This document shows positions 1 to 9,682 of a stretch of 64,000 bases of DNA, piece by piece. Within the stretch, counting starts at the first letter, position 1. Every line of letters starts with the position of its first letter. The notes beneath the pieces are model-generated. The model worked only from the letters and a program-made list of their open reading frames with translations. It was not told where the DNA came from and searched no databases. The DNA lies in NCBI GenBank assembly GCA_963725425.1, contig CAVRYJ010000044.1:132263-196262 (forward strand), given 5' to 3'. The translations under genes and the position numbers were made by a program. Source of the stretch: an uncultured Clostridiaceae bacterium. GTDB lineage: Bacteria > Bacillota > Clostridia > Clostridiales > Clostridiaceae.

Positions 1-276
1 TATAAAACACTACAATATCATCAATAGAAGGCTTTTCAATCAAAAGCCCTTTACCTATCTCCCTTTCATCTCTAGAATGAATTATCCCTTGAAATCCAAT
101 ATTAGATTTTTTATATCCAATTAGCTTATCTCTAACTTGTTCCGTTAAATCTGCTATACCACCTTTAACCAATAAATATTCTTCCAAAATATTATCATTT
201 GTATCATTATATTAATATTTTCTAGGCTGAAAGTTCCAAAGCTTTTGTTTAATTCTTTTATTTCAAGTGCATACAT
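1..276 (-). pseudogene. Internally deleted ABC transporter ATP-binding gene (YtrB-like), runs off window start
   Basis: RBS AAGGAG then ATG at 276 gives MYALEIKELNKSFGTFSLENINI (ABC ATPase N-terminus), which jumps out of frame to NDNILEEYLLVKGG...LIEKPSIDDIVVF (typical C-terminus). Walker A/B region absent. Directly downstream of a YtrA-like GntR gene. Confidence 0.7.
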
Positions 277-281
277 AGATT

Positions 282-653
282 TCACTCCTTCATTAAATTT
301 TTTAAGATCACTACCAATTCCTCATTTGATATATTAGCTAATTTTCCATTTTCAATGGCACTAGTAAATGCTTCTTCGATACGTTTTAAATACTGCTCTC
401 TTACCATTTCATTATCTTTAGGAAGAACAAAAGTTCCTTTCCCTTGCATAGTAGCTACAAATCCCTCTGCCTCAAGGTCAGAATAGGCTCTTGTGGTTGT
501 AATGACACTTATTCCTAAATCTTTTGCAAGTTGACGAATGGATGGTAAAAAATCATTTTCATGAATTTCACCACACATTATCTGCTCCTTAATCTGTACT
601 TTAATCTGCTCATAAATAGGTAAATCAGATTTATTGGAGATTAATACTTTCAA
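282..653 (-). CDS. GntR family (YtrA-like) transcriptional regulator
   Basis: PIYEQIK...LPSIRQLAKDLGISVITTTRAYSDLEAEGFV...GKGTFV winged HTH; 123 aa; precedes an ABC ATPase gene. Confidence 0.93.
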   Translation of the reverse strand: MKVLISNKSDLPIYEQIKVQIKEQIMCGEIHENDFLPSIRQLAKDLGISVITTTRAYSDLEAEGFVATMQGKGTFVLPKDNEMVREQYLKRIEEAFTSAIENGKLANISNEELVVILKNLMKE

Positions 654-744
654 ATAATATGCCTCCTTTTTTAAATTGTATATATGTTATTATATACAGT
701 ATTATGTTTATAGTCAATATTTAGATTAATAGTATGAAATTTTG

Positions 745-786
745 GTTGATGGATATGGATGTTGATATTAAAAAAGCAGAAGAAAA
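745..786 (+). repeat. 42-bp exact copy of an internal segment (1432-1473) of the downstream rpn gene
   Basis: GTTGATGGATATGGATGTTGATATTAAAAAAGCAGAAGAAAA at both positions. Confidence 0.9.
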
Positions 787-841
787 GAGAAACATAGGTA
801 TAGAATAAGATGCAATTTTCTGATAAAATAGAGATAGGGAA

Positions 842-1744
842 GTGAACTATATGGAGAGATTGAAGCCACTCAACGATTTTATTTTTAAGAAAACCTTTGG
901 TGAGGAAGAAACAAAAGATAACCTAAAAGCATTACTTAATGCCATTTTAAGTAGAAAAGATAGAAATAAATTAGTAACTTTAGAAATAGTTGAAAATAAA
1001 GAGTTAACACATGAATTAATTGAAGATAAAACAGGCATAATAGATGTAAGAGCTAAAACAGAAGATGGCACCCAGCTTGAAATAGAAGTGCAGCTAACAA
1101 ATCAGCACAACATGGATAAAAGGACAATATGGTATTGGGGACAGATGTTCTCTGAGGGTATAAAAAAGGGTGACGACTATAAGAACCTAACTAAAGTCAT
1201 TACTATAAATATAGTAGACTTTGAATACATCAAAATCCCAGATAAATTTCATACCACTTTTCACTTGTGGGAAGATGAAGTAAAAGACTACATGTTAACA
1301 GATGTGCTAGAAGTTCACTTCATAGAAATGGAGAAATTCAGAAAATTAAAAAATAAAAACCTAAAGGAAGATAAGCTACAAAGATGGTTATCATTCTTTA
1401 GCGAAAATATAAGTAAAAAAGATCTAAAGGAGTTGATGGATATGGATGTTGATATTAAAAAAGCAGAAGAAAAAATAGAATATCTAAGTAGAGATCCTGA
1501 AACTTTGGCGGTTTACAAAGCTAGAGAAAGATCTCTTCATGAGAGAGCTAATATGATTAATGGCGCTAAAGAAGAAGGAATAGATATAGGAATAGATAAA
1601 GGCATAGGAATAGGTGAAGCTAGAAAAGCAATGGAAGCTGCTACGAACTTACTGAAACTTGGAGTAAATGAAGAAATAGTAGCAAAAGGAACAGGACTTA
1701 CAATAGAAAAAGTACTTGAACTAAAAAAAGAAATTATGAATTAG
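842..1744 (+). CDS. Rpn family recombination-promoting nuclease / PD-(D/E)XK putative transposase
   Basis: PLNDFIFKKTFG, IIDVRAKTEDGTQLEIEVQL, KVITINIVDF, LEVHFIEMEK motifs; C-terminal EGID-IGID-KGIG short repeats. Confidence 0.93.
   Translation: MNYMERLKPLNDFIFKKTFGEEETKDNLKALLNAILSRKDRNKLVTLEIVENKELTHELIEDKTGIIDVRAKTEDGTQLEIEVQLTNQHNMDKRTIWYWGQMFSEGIKKGDDYKNLTKVITINIVDFEYIKIPDKFHTTFHLWEDEVKDYMLTDVLEVHFIEMEKFRKLKNKNLKEDKLQRWLSFFSENISKKDLKELMDMDVDIKKAEEKIEYLSRDPETLAVYKARERSLHERANMINGAKEEGIDIGIDKGIGIGEARKAMEAATNLLKLGVNEEIVAKGTGLTIEKVLELKKEIMN
1427..1444 (+). promoter_or_regulatory. Intragenic Shine-Dalgarno and in-frame ATGs (candidate start of a small C-terminal Rpn protein)
   Basis: AAGGAG at 1427-1432, in-frame ATG at 1436 and 1442. 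Confidence 0.6.
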
Positions 1745-1772
1745 AATTAAAACCATGTATGTCATGAACAAC

Positions 1773-1860
1773 AAAGAAGCAGTTGTCAAGTAACAGGTTC
1801 CAGATACCAGTTGAAACAATCGCTGGTATTTGGAACTTGGTATCTGGCAACTGCTTCTTT
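1773..1860. repeat. Long imperfect hairpin downstream of rpn
   Basis: AAAGAAGCAGTTG...CAACTGCTTCTTT outer stem and TTCCAGATACCA...TGGTATTTGGAA inner stem. Confidence 0.75.
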
Positions 1861-1979
1861 GGTATTTGGACTCTGGCAACTGCTTCTCTAGCGGTTCTTT
1901 TTTCTGTTCATCCCAAAAGTGTTAACACCACCCCAGTGACGTTGGCACCGAAGCCAGCTTTTTCTTTATATAATCTATG

Positions 1980-2290
1980 ATTAATTAGTTAATCCATACT
2001 AGTATTTGAAGTTAGTATTATATACTAGTACTTAGTATTAATACTAAGTGTCGGTACTAAGGGTCAACTATAATAGTTAATACGGCATCTGAAAGACAAT
2101 GGAGAATGGAGAATGGACAACTATCCATTGACAATGAACAACTGCCAATGGATAGTTGTTCATTAAAGATAGTTTTCCTCACTATCCTAGTAAAATTAAA
2201 AACCTTAATTCTAGATTTTTTGTAGCTTTGCTACAAAAAATCAACCTTAACTGCCCATTGTGAATTTTCAATTTTCAATTGTCTATTGTC
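1980..2290 (+). repeat. ~300-bp dispersed repeat, copy 1 (TAGTAT-rich block plus heptamer-armed hairpin element)
   Basis: Collinear with 13745-14035 and 17570-17880: ATTAGTTAAT.CATACTAGTATT ... GGCAT.TG.AAGACAATGGA ... ATCAACC.TAACT. Confidence 0.85.
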
Positions 2291-2370
2291 CAAAACTTAC
2301 ATAAAATAATATATAATATGATATACTTATATTACTATCTTAACCCTAACACGCGCTTAAAGGAAAAAAT

Positions 2371-3264
2371 ATGAATACAGAAGCATTAGAATATTTTATC
2401 AAAGTTTATGAGAATAAAAGTGTTTCTTCGGCGGCCAAGGACTTATTTATTACTCCGCAAGGACTAAGCAAGGCTATAAAACAGCTGGAAATGGACTTAC
2501 AAGTAGAATTATTCTATAGAGGATCACGTGGAATGGAAGCTACGGAATATGGCGAGTTATTATATGCCCGAGCTAAACATATATGTTATCTCATGGAAGA
2601 CATAAAAAAAGAAATCAGCATTATGAACGGGGAAAAAAGCAGTTTAAGTGTTGTGGTTACTTATGCTACAACATCCTCATTGCCTCCGGATTTGTTGTTT
2701 GGATTTTCTGAAATTCATCCCAAGATCCAAATGAAACTAAGAGAATTCCCGGATGAATATCCTGTAGGTAAGTTGTTTGAAGAAGAAGTTGATGTTGGCT
2801 TAATTATGGGACATGAAGAAATTGAAAATTGTGAATATGATTTAATTTTACAAGGTGAAGTAGTGGTATTGGTTTCTAAAAAGCACCCCCTAGCGGTAAA
2901 GGATGAAATTTCCATAATAGAATTGGAAAACGAACCTTTGGTGTTAAAATCTGTGGAACCAGGTAAAGAACATAGTTTGGTGAATAAATGTCTCGAATAT
3001 GGATTTACTCCTCATGTTAAACATGAAGTTGGTAATATTATAACTGCACATAAACTATGTGAACTGAATGGACTAGTAACGGTTTCTGTAGATTTTGTTG
3101 AAGATGCACTTAAGGATGAAAGGTTAAAGATCATTAGGCTTAAGGAAAAAATTCCTCAGAATATTTATCTAATTACCAGGAAAAGATTTATTCAGTCTAA
3201 GGCAGTATCATTATTTCGAAGTTACATAAAACAATATATTGAAGAAAAAGAAAAGTCATTCTAA
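2371..3264 (+). CDS. LysR family transcriptional regulator
   Basis: LEYFIKVYENKSVSSAAKDLFITPQGLSKAIKQLE...LFYR N-terminal HTH; 297 aa. Confidence 0.93.
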   Translation: MNTEALEYFIKVYENKSVSSAAKDLFITPQGLSKAIKQLEMDLQVELFYRGSRGMEATEYGELLYARAKHICYLMEDIKKEISIMNGEKSSLSVVVTYATTSSLPPDLLFGFSEIHPKIQMKLREFPDEYPVGKLFEEEVDVGLIMGHEEIENCEYDLILQGEVVVLVSKKHPLAVKDEISIIELENEPLVLKSVEPGKEHSLVNKCLEYGFTPHVKHEVGNIITAHKLCELNGLVTVSVDFVEDALKDERLKIIRLKEKIPQNIYLITRKRFIQSKAVSLFRSYIKQYIEEKEKSF

Positions 3265-3292
3265 TGAGATAACCCTCATTAGAATGACTTTT
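3251..3292. terminator. Intrinsic terminator after lysR
   Basis: Perfect 18-bp stem AAAAGTCATTCTAATGAG/CTCATTAGAATGACTTTT followed by a T-run. Confidence 0.85.
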
Positions 3293-3298
3293 TTATAT

Positions 3299-3372
3299 GA
3301 TAAACTAAAAGTTTATCCCCTCTAACTTTTGGTTTATTGTTGTATATATGCCAACGTGTTAAATTTAATATT
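3299..3372 (+). promoter_or_regulatory. Candidate operator/promoter of the GH3 operon
   Basis: Palindrome ATAAACT-AAA-AGTTTAT followed by CCCCTCTAACTTTTTGGTTTATT and GTGTTAAATTTAATATTG; near-identical sequence upstream of the esterase gene (minus strand, ~13660-13732). Confidence 0.6.
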
Positions 3373-3474
3373 GTAAAGGAATACATTTGCAATATTATTA
3401 GGGGGATAAGCGCGGGATTAAGTTAGTGATAAGTAAAAAATCATTTAAAAATTACTTAAGGGGGATAAACAAAT

Positions 3475-6371
3475 ATGAAAGATAAAAAAATGAATAGGAA
3501 AAAGTCTCGTATTATAAAGTGCTCCGCATTGTCGGCTTTGCTTGTAATCGTTTTGGTGGGAAATATTGCATTGGCACACTTTTCAGCAATTATTACCTCA
3601 TATTTTTCAGCAATTAATGTAACTAGTAAACAGGCTCTTGCTGCTCGTAATCAGTCAAAATCACTTGATGAGCAGATTGAGAATGAGGGTATAGTTCTTC
3701 TTCAAAATAATGACAACACTCTGCCTATGAAAACATCCAATGCTAACAAGACTAAAGTAAATGTTTTTGGATGGAGCTTTACTAATCCAATCTATGGGGG
3801 TACTGGTTCTGGTTCAACAGATTCATCTACGGCAGTTACCCCAAAAGATGGCCTTGAAGCTTCGGGTTTTCAGGTAAATGAGAAATTGTATAACGATTAT
3901 GTATCACTAAATATGAAAAGACCAACTGTTGGAATGAATGGACAGGATTGGACCATTCCAGAACCTGATCCATCACAATTCTACACAGCTGACAAGATGA
4001 AACAAGCTAAGGATTATTCTGATACTGCAATTGTATTTATTGCCCGTTCAGGTGGTGAGGGTGCAGATCTCCCAACAAGCATGGACGGTAAGGATACATT
4101 TAATCCAAAGGGCACCCAAGGACCTACAGGTGTAAAATTTGGTAATAAGGATGACCTTAATGCAAGCAAGAATTATTTGGAACTTAGTAACAGAGAAAAA
4201 GGTATGATAGACGCTGTTACTAAGAATTTTAATAAAGTAATTCTTATTGTTAACAGTAGTAATCCATTCCAACTCAATTGGGTGAAAAATTACAGTCAGA
4301 TTAAAAGCGTCATAAATATCGGAGGACCAGGCCAAAATGGATTCAACTCCGTTGGAAAAGTTCTATCCGGTGCTGTTAATCCATCCGGGAGAACTGTAGA
4401 CCTCTATGCTACAGATCTTCTGGATGCACCTGCAGCTAAAAACTTCGGTAATTTTGATTACGTAATCAAAAATGCAGATGGTTCATATTCTCAAGCAACG
4501 GATTCAAAAAAGTCGGTTTAAATTATGTAGATTACTCAGAGGGCATTTATGTAGGATACCGTTATTATGAGACTGCTGCTGCAGAAGGCGCAATCAATTA
4601 TGGGCAAAAAGTACAATACCCCTTCGGTTATGGTTTGAGTTATACTAATTTCAAACAGGAAGTTGTTCCCAATAGTTTAACATGGAACGATAAAGATATT
4701 TCCGTTAAGGTAAAAGTAAAAAACACGGGAACAGTTGCTGGAAAAGATGTTGTTCAGCTTTATTACTCTGCACCTTACACTGGAAAGATAGAGAAGTCTT
4801 CAATAGTTCTTGGTGCTTTTGGGAAAACAGGTAATATAAAAGCAGGAGAATCTGAGACAGTTACACTTTCCCTTAAAGTAGAAGATATGGCATCTTACGA
4901 TTCTAATAAAATATACAGTGCCAAAGGTTCCTATGTTCTCGAACCAGGTCAATACAAACTTATGCTTATGAATAATTCTCATGAAAAAATAGCTGATGTA
5001 GCTTCAAAGAACCTTTCTCAGGTTGTCTATGATACTACAGCACGTTCTAGTGATAAGCAAACAGCTGTAAATCAGCTTGATAACAATGTTACCGGCAATG
5101 GAAGCATAGCTACATATCTTTCTAGAGCTAATGGTTTTGCAAATCTTAAGGACATTGACACTAACAAAACTTATACTATTAAGAATGCTGATGGTAGCAC
5201 AGCTACAGTAAAAGGCAAACTTGTAGATTCAAGCTTCGTTAACTATATCAACAGTAAAAGATACACTGTACCTGCTGACACCCATACATCTGCACCTACT
5301 ACAGGCGCAAAAAATGGAAAGAAGCTGAAAGATTACGCTGGGATTAAATACAATGATAAAAGATGGGACACTTTGCTTGACCAAATGTCTATAGACGATA
5401 TGGTTAATTTAGTAATACACGGAGGATATAGAACTGCTGAGATTCCGTCAGTGGGCAAGCCTGCTACTTTAGATTATGATGGACCTGCAGCTATAACTTC
5501 ATTTCTGTCTTCAACAGGAGTATCCGGTATAGCATTCCCTACGGAGGATTTAATAGCATCCACCTGGAATGTTAAACTTGGGGAAAAAATGGGACAGTAT
5601 GTGGCAGCTGAGGCTAAAGCCTATGGTGTTACGGGTTGGTATGCACCTGCCATGGACACTCATCGTACATCATTCGGTGGAAGAAACTTCGAGTATTATT
5701 CTGAAGATGGTTTCCTTGCTGGTGAGATGGGCTCTTCCGTTACTAAAGGATATCAAAGTCAAGGAGGATATGTTTATATAAAACAATTTGCATTAAACGA
5801 TCAGGAGACTAACCGTACTTTCGGAGTCCTCACATGGGCTAATGAACAGGATATTCGTGAGATTTACTTAAAGCCATTTGAAATATCTGTTAAAGAGGGC
5901 GGTGCTAAGGCAGTAATGTCTTCGTTTAATAGCATAGGTAATACTTGGACTGGAGCAAGTTCAGGTCTTCTTACACAAATTCTTCGTAATGAATGGGGTT
6001 TCAAAGGCATGGTAAATACTGATTTCTATATGAATGGAAATGGTATGTCTGCATACCCTTACATGAATTTTGAACTTGGTATAAGAAGCGGTAATGATAT
6101 TTATCTTACTGGTGTTGCACCACTAGGTATACCTTCCCCAAACACTAAGAGCAATGATACTTTGTGGGCCCTTAGAGAATCTAGCCACCATATTTTATAC
6201 AATGAGGCAAACAGCAGCAAGGCTATGAATGCTGAAATGAGTAGCGATACTCCAACTTGGGTTAAACTATCAGTTGCTGCTGATGTTGTTCTTGCTTTAG
6301 CTATAGCTGCAGGTTTCTTCTTTACCTTACGTAAAAAGAAAGGTGATCAAGACATAGATATAAAAATGTAA
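3475..6371 (+). CDS. Membrane-anchored GH3 beta-glucosidase with permuted domain order (frameshift in an A-run at ~4505)
   Basis: N-terminal hydrophobic anchor; GIVLLQN, RSGGEGADL, SGRTVD, then DYSEGIYVGYRYYET...YPFGYGLSYT; GGRNFEYYSEDG and KQFALNDQETNR in the C-terminal half; C-terminal TM. The two ORFs join if one A is added at ~4505. Confidence 0.88.
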
Positions 6372-6433
6372 ATTATTAATAATGCCTAAAAACAGACTGC
6401 CTTACGGCAGTCTATCTATATAGAGGTGAATAT

Positions 6434-8881
6434 ATGAAATACGCAGAAATAATAAGTCAGATGACCTTAGAAGAAAAGGCATCCTTAATGTCAGGGAAAG
6501 ATTTTTGGCAAACTCAGGACATACAGCGTCTTGAAATTAACAATATATTTCTTGCTGATGGGCCCCATGGTATCAGAAAACAGAAAGCAGCCGCAGATAA
6601 TTTGGGCTTAAACGCTAGTATTCCTGCAACTTGTTTCCCTACAGCTGCAACTATTGCAAACAGCTGGAACAGAGAATTAGGTGAAAAAATCGGAATATGT
6701 CTCGGGGAAGAAGCAGTATCACAGAAAGTCAACGTACTTCTTGGTCCTGGTAGCAATATGAAAAGAAATCCCTTATGCGGAAGAAATTTTGAATACTTTA
6801 GTGAAGATCCTTATCTAGCTGGAAAAATGGCAGCCAGCTACATCAAAGGTATCCAATCTATTGGTATCTCCGCCTGCGTAAAACATTTCTGCGTGAATAA
6901 TCAAGAAGAGAGAAGAATGGCTATTGATACCATTGTAGATGAAAGAACTTTGAGGGAAATCTATCTCACTGCATTTGAGATTGCAGTTAAAGAAGGTGCT
7001 ACAAAAACAATTATGTCCTCCTACAACATGCTTAACGGCACCTACACTAATGAAAATCTGCATTTGATGTGTGATATCCTGCGTAGTGAATGGAACTTTC
7101 ATGGCGTTGTAGTAACAGATTGGGGCGGTAGCAACAATCGCATACTAGGGCTAGTGGCAGGTAATGAACTGGAGATGCCTACCACATGCAGAGAGACAAA
7201 TGTAGATATTGTAGATGCTGTTACCAAGGGAGAAATTAAAGAAGATGTACTGGACCAATGTGTAGATAGACTTTTGGAACTGATTTTTACTACAGAAGAA
7301 GTGTATAAGAAACCCCGTAAGAAATTTGACCAAGACAAACACCAAAAGATTGCCCAGCTAGCGGCTGAGGAATCTATTGTGCTACTTAAGAATGAGGGGA
7401 ACATCCTTCCGTTAAAGCCTGGAACAAAAGTTGCAGTGATTGGTGATTTCGCAAAAAAACCTAGATATCAGGGCGCTGGGTCTTCCATAGTGAATCCAAC
7501 AAGACTTGATAATACACTAGACTGTTTGAAGGATGCAAATATTGTCAGCGTGGGTTATGCACCCGGCTTTCATCGGTTTGGAAAGAAAAGTAACAAACTT
7601 GTAAAAGAAGCTTCCTCCCTTGCAGAGAAAGCAGATGTAATACTCTTATATATTGGTCTGGATGAAGCTACTGAGGTAGAAGGCCTGGACAGGCAAGACA
7701 TGAAAGTTCCTCAAAACCAGATTGACCTGTTAGAAGCTGTGAGTAAAGTAAATCCCAATATCATTGTTGTTCTTTGTTGTGGTTCAGCTGTGGAGATGCC
7801 ATGGATTAGCAATATAAAGGGACTATTGCACCCATATTTAAGTGGTCAGGCAGGCGCAATGGCTATTCTTAGAGTTATTTGCGGAGATGTAAACCCTTCA
7901 GGTAAACTAGCTGAATCCTACCCAATACGTTATGAGGATGTCCCTTCCTTCAGCAACTTTCCAGGTAAGGAAGTCAGTGTTGAATACAGGGAAGGATTGT
8001 ATATTGGCTACCGTTATTATGATACTGCCAATGTAAAAGTGCGTTTTCCCTTTGGCTATGGCCTCAGTTATACTACCTTTGAATATACAGATTTAAATGT
8101 GGAAAGTGATAAAGTCACATTTTCACTAAAAAATACCGGAAATGCTGCTGGTGCGGAAGTCGTACAGTTATATATTGGAAAGTCCTCTCATATGATTTTT
8201 AGGCCTAAGAAGGAACTAAAAGGATTTAAAAAGATATTTCTCCAGCCAGGAGAAACACAAAGAGTTACCATTGCTTTCGATGATAAGTCCTTCCGTTATT
8301 ATAATGTAGTAACAGATTCCTGGGAAGAAGAGAGTGGAGAGTATAAAATTGCCATTGGATCTTCCAGCATGGACATTAAGCTACGCGGTGTGATTATGAG
8401 GGTTGGAACCATAGCAACCGCACCTTATGATAATGTAGCGCTGCCATCCTATTTTTCTGGTAAAGCAGCCCGTGTTGATGTGAAGGAGTTTGAAACATTA
8501 CTGGGCAAAAAAGTCCCGGAAGCTAAATGGGACAGAAGCAAACCTCTTGGATACAACGATACTATTGCACAGTGCCAGTACGCAAAGGGAGCATTTGCAA
8601 GATTTGCATTTCATCTAATTAGTTTTTCATATTGGTTTTTGAAAAAAATAGGGAAACGAAGCAATGCTAATATTATCATGATGTCTATATATCATATGCC
8701 ATTTCGTGGAATTGCCAGAATGACAGGTGGGGCTGTGAATATGCCAATGCTTGATGGAATACTCATCATAGTAAATGGTCATTTCTTCAAAGGCTTGAAT
8801 CATTTGTTAAAGGAAAGAAGTAAGATGGGTAAGGTGCGCAAAAGTGAAAGAATAATAGAAAAAGTGACAAAGGAGATGTAG
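6434..8881 (+). CDS. GH3 beta-glucosidase
   Basis: ADGPHGIRK, GRNFEYFSEDP, KHFCVNNQE, VVTDWGG (nucleophile Asp), FPFGYGLSYT, Fn3-like ELKGFKKI. Confidence 0.95.
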   Translation: MKYAEIISQMTLEEKASLMSGKDFWQTQDIQRLEINNIFLADGPHGIRKQKAAADNLGLNASIPATCFPTAATIANSWNRELGEKIGICLGEEAVSQKVNVLLGPGSNMKRNPLCGRNFEYFSEDPYLAGKMAASYIKGIQSIGISACVKHFCVNNQEERRMAIDTIVDERTLREIYLTAFEIAVKEGATKTIMSSYNMLNGTYTNENLHLMCDILRSEWNFHGVVVTDWGGSNNRILGLVAGNELEMPTTCRETNVDIVDAVTKGEIKEDVLDQCVDRLLELIFTTEEVYKKPRKKFDQDKHQKIAQLAAEESIVLLKNEGNILPLKPGTKVAVIGDFAKKPRYQGAGSSIVNPTRLDNTLDCLKDANIVSVGYAPGFHRFGKKSNKLVKEASSLAEKADVILLYIGLDEATEVEGLDRQDMKVPQNQIDLLEAVSKVNPNIIVVLCCGSAVEMPWISNIKGLLHPYLSGQAGAMAILRVICGDVNPSGKLAESYPIRYEDVPSFSNFPGKEVSVEYREGLYIGYRYYDTANVKVRFPFGYGLSYTTFEYTDLNVESDKVTFSLKNTGNAAGAEVVQLYIGKSSHMIFRPKKELKGFKKIFLQPGETQRVTIAFDDKSFRYYNVVTDSWEEESGEYKIAIGSSSMDIKLRGVIMRVGTIATAPYDNVALPSYFSGKAARVDVKEFETLLGKKVPEAKWDRSKPLGYNDTIAQCQYAKGAFARFAFHLISFSYWFLKKIGKRSNANIIMMSIYHMPFRGIARMTGGAVNMPMLDGILIIVNGHFFKGLNHLLKERSKMGKVRKSERIIEKVTKEM

Positions 8882-8883
8882 AA

Positions 8884-9522
8884 ATGAGCAATGAAAAAAT
8901 CAAAGATAATAGAATAGTTGCAGCCAATACAGGCCTTTGGGCAAAATACAAAGACAAACACCCAAATATTGCGCAATTCATAGTATTTTTTATGCTGAGT
9001 AATGGAATAACGATTTTACAAATGATTTTAATGCCTATGATTAAGGTTGGCTTTGGACATACATCATTTGTAGGTACAAATTTTCAAATTGGACAGATCG
9101 GGCATAATCTTAACGGAAGTGCCTATTATATATTCAATTACGCAGCAGGTTCAATTTCATCAGGTGGAGGTGGTGGACTTGCCTATTTCCTTGCAGTTCA
9201 AATATCCATGGCCATAGCACAGATTATTAATTTTTTTGTCCAGAGGAACATAACATTTAAGTCAAACAGCAATATTTGGAAGTCTGCTTTTTGGTATGTA
9301 ATTGCCTACATTATTATATCAATAGGTGCAGCCGCTCTTCAGGGACTTTACAAAGCTCCTATCTATAGCTTGTTCATGCACACATTGGGAATGGGTTCAG
9401 TTGGTGAGACAATATCAGATGCTATTACTATGATTATAAACGCTGCTATTTCATTCTGGGTATTTTTCCCCATATTTAAAATAATATTCAAAAGCGGCTC
9501 TGAAAAACAGCATATCCAATAA
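8884..9522 (+). CDS. GtrA-like membrane protein
   Basis: Four hydrophobic segments, QFIVFFMLSNGITILQ and INFFVQRNITFKSN; inside the GH3 operon. Confidence 0.6.
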   Translation: MSNEKIKDNRIVAANTGLWAKYKDKHPNIAQFIVFFMLSNGITILQMILMPMIKVGFGHTSFVGTNFQIGQIGHNLNGSAYYIFNYAAGSISSGGGGGLAYFLAVQISMAIAQIINFFVQRNITFKSNSNIWKSAFWYVIAYIIISIGAAALQGLYKAPIYSLFMHTLGMGSVGETISDAITMIINAAISFWVFFPIFKIIFKSGSEKQHIQ

Positions 9523-9682
9523 AGATAGTGTAAGTAGTAGATTATTATTTTGCATTTGAATTAAAGGTTTAACACTTGATGATATAGTTATTTTGCCTTA
9601 TAATGACTTTTAATGGCATTAATATATTTTACGTTGGTAATCGTTTATTGTACTGCCGAAAATACAAAATGAGGAATAGAAT

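Noticed and set aside
1783-1980. 65-aa ORF after rpn
   Set aside because: It is a translation of the hairpin repeat, with no RBS or family features.
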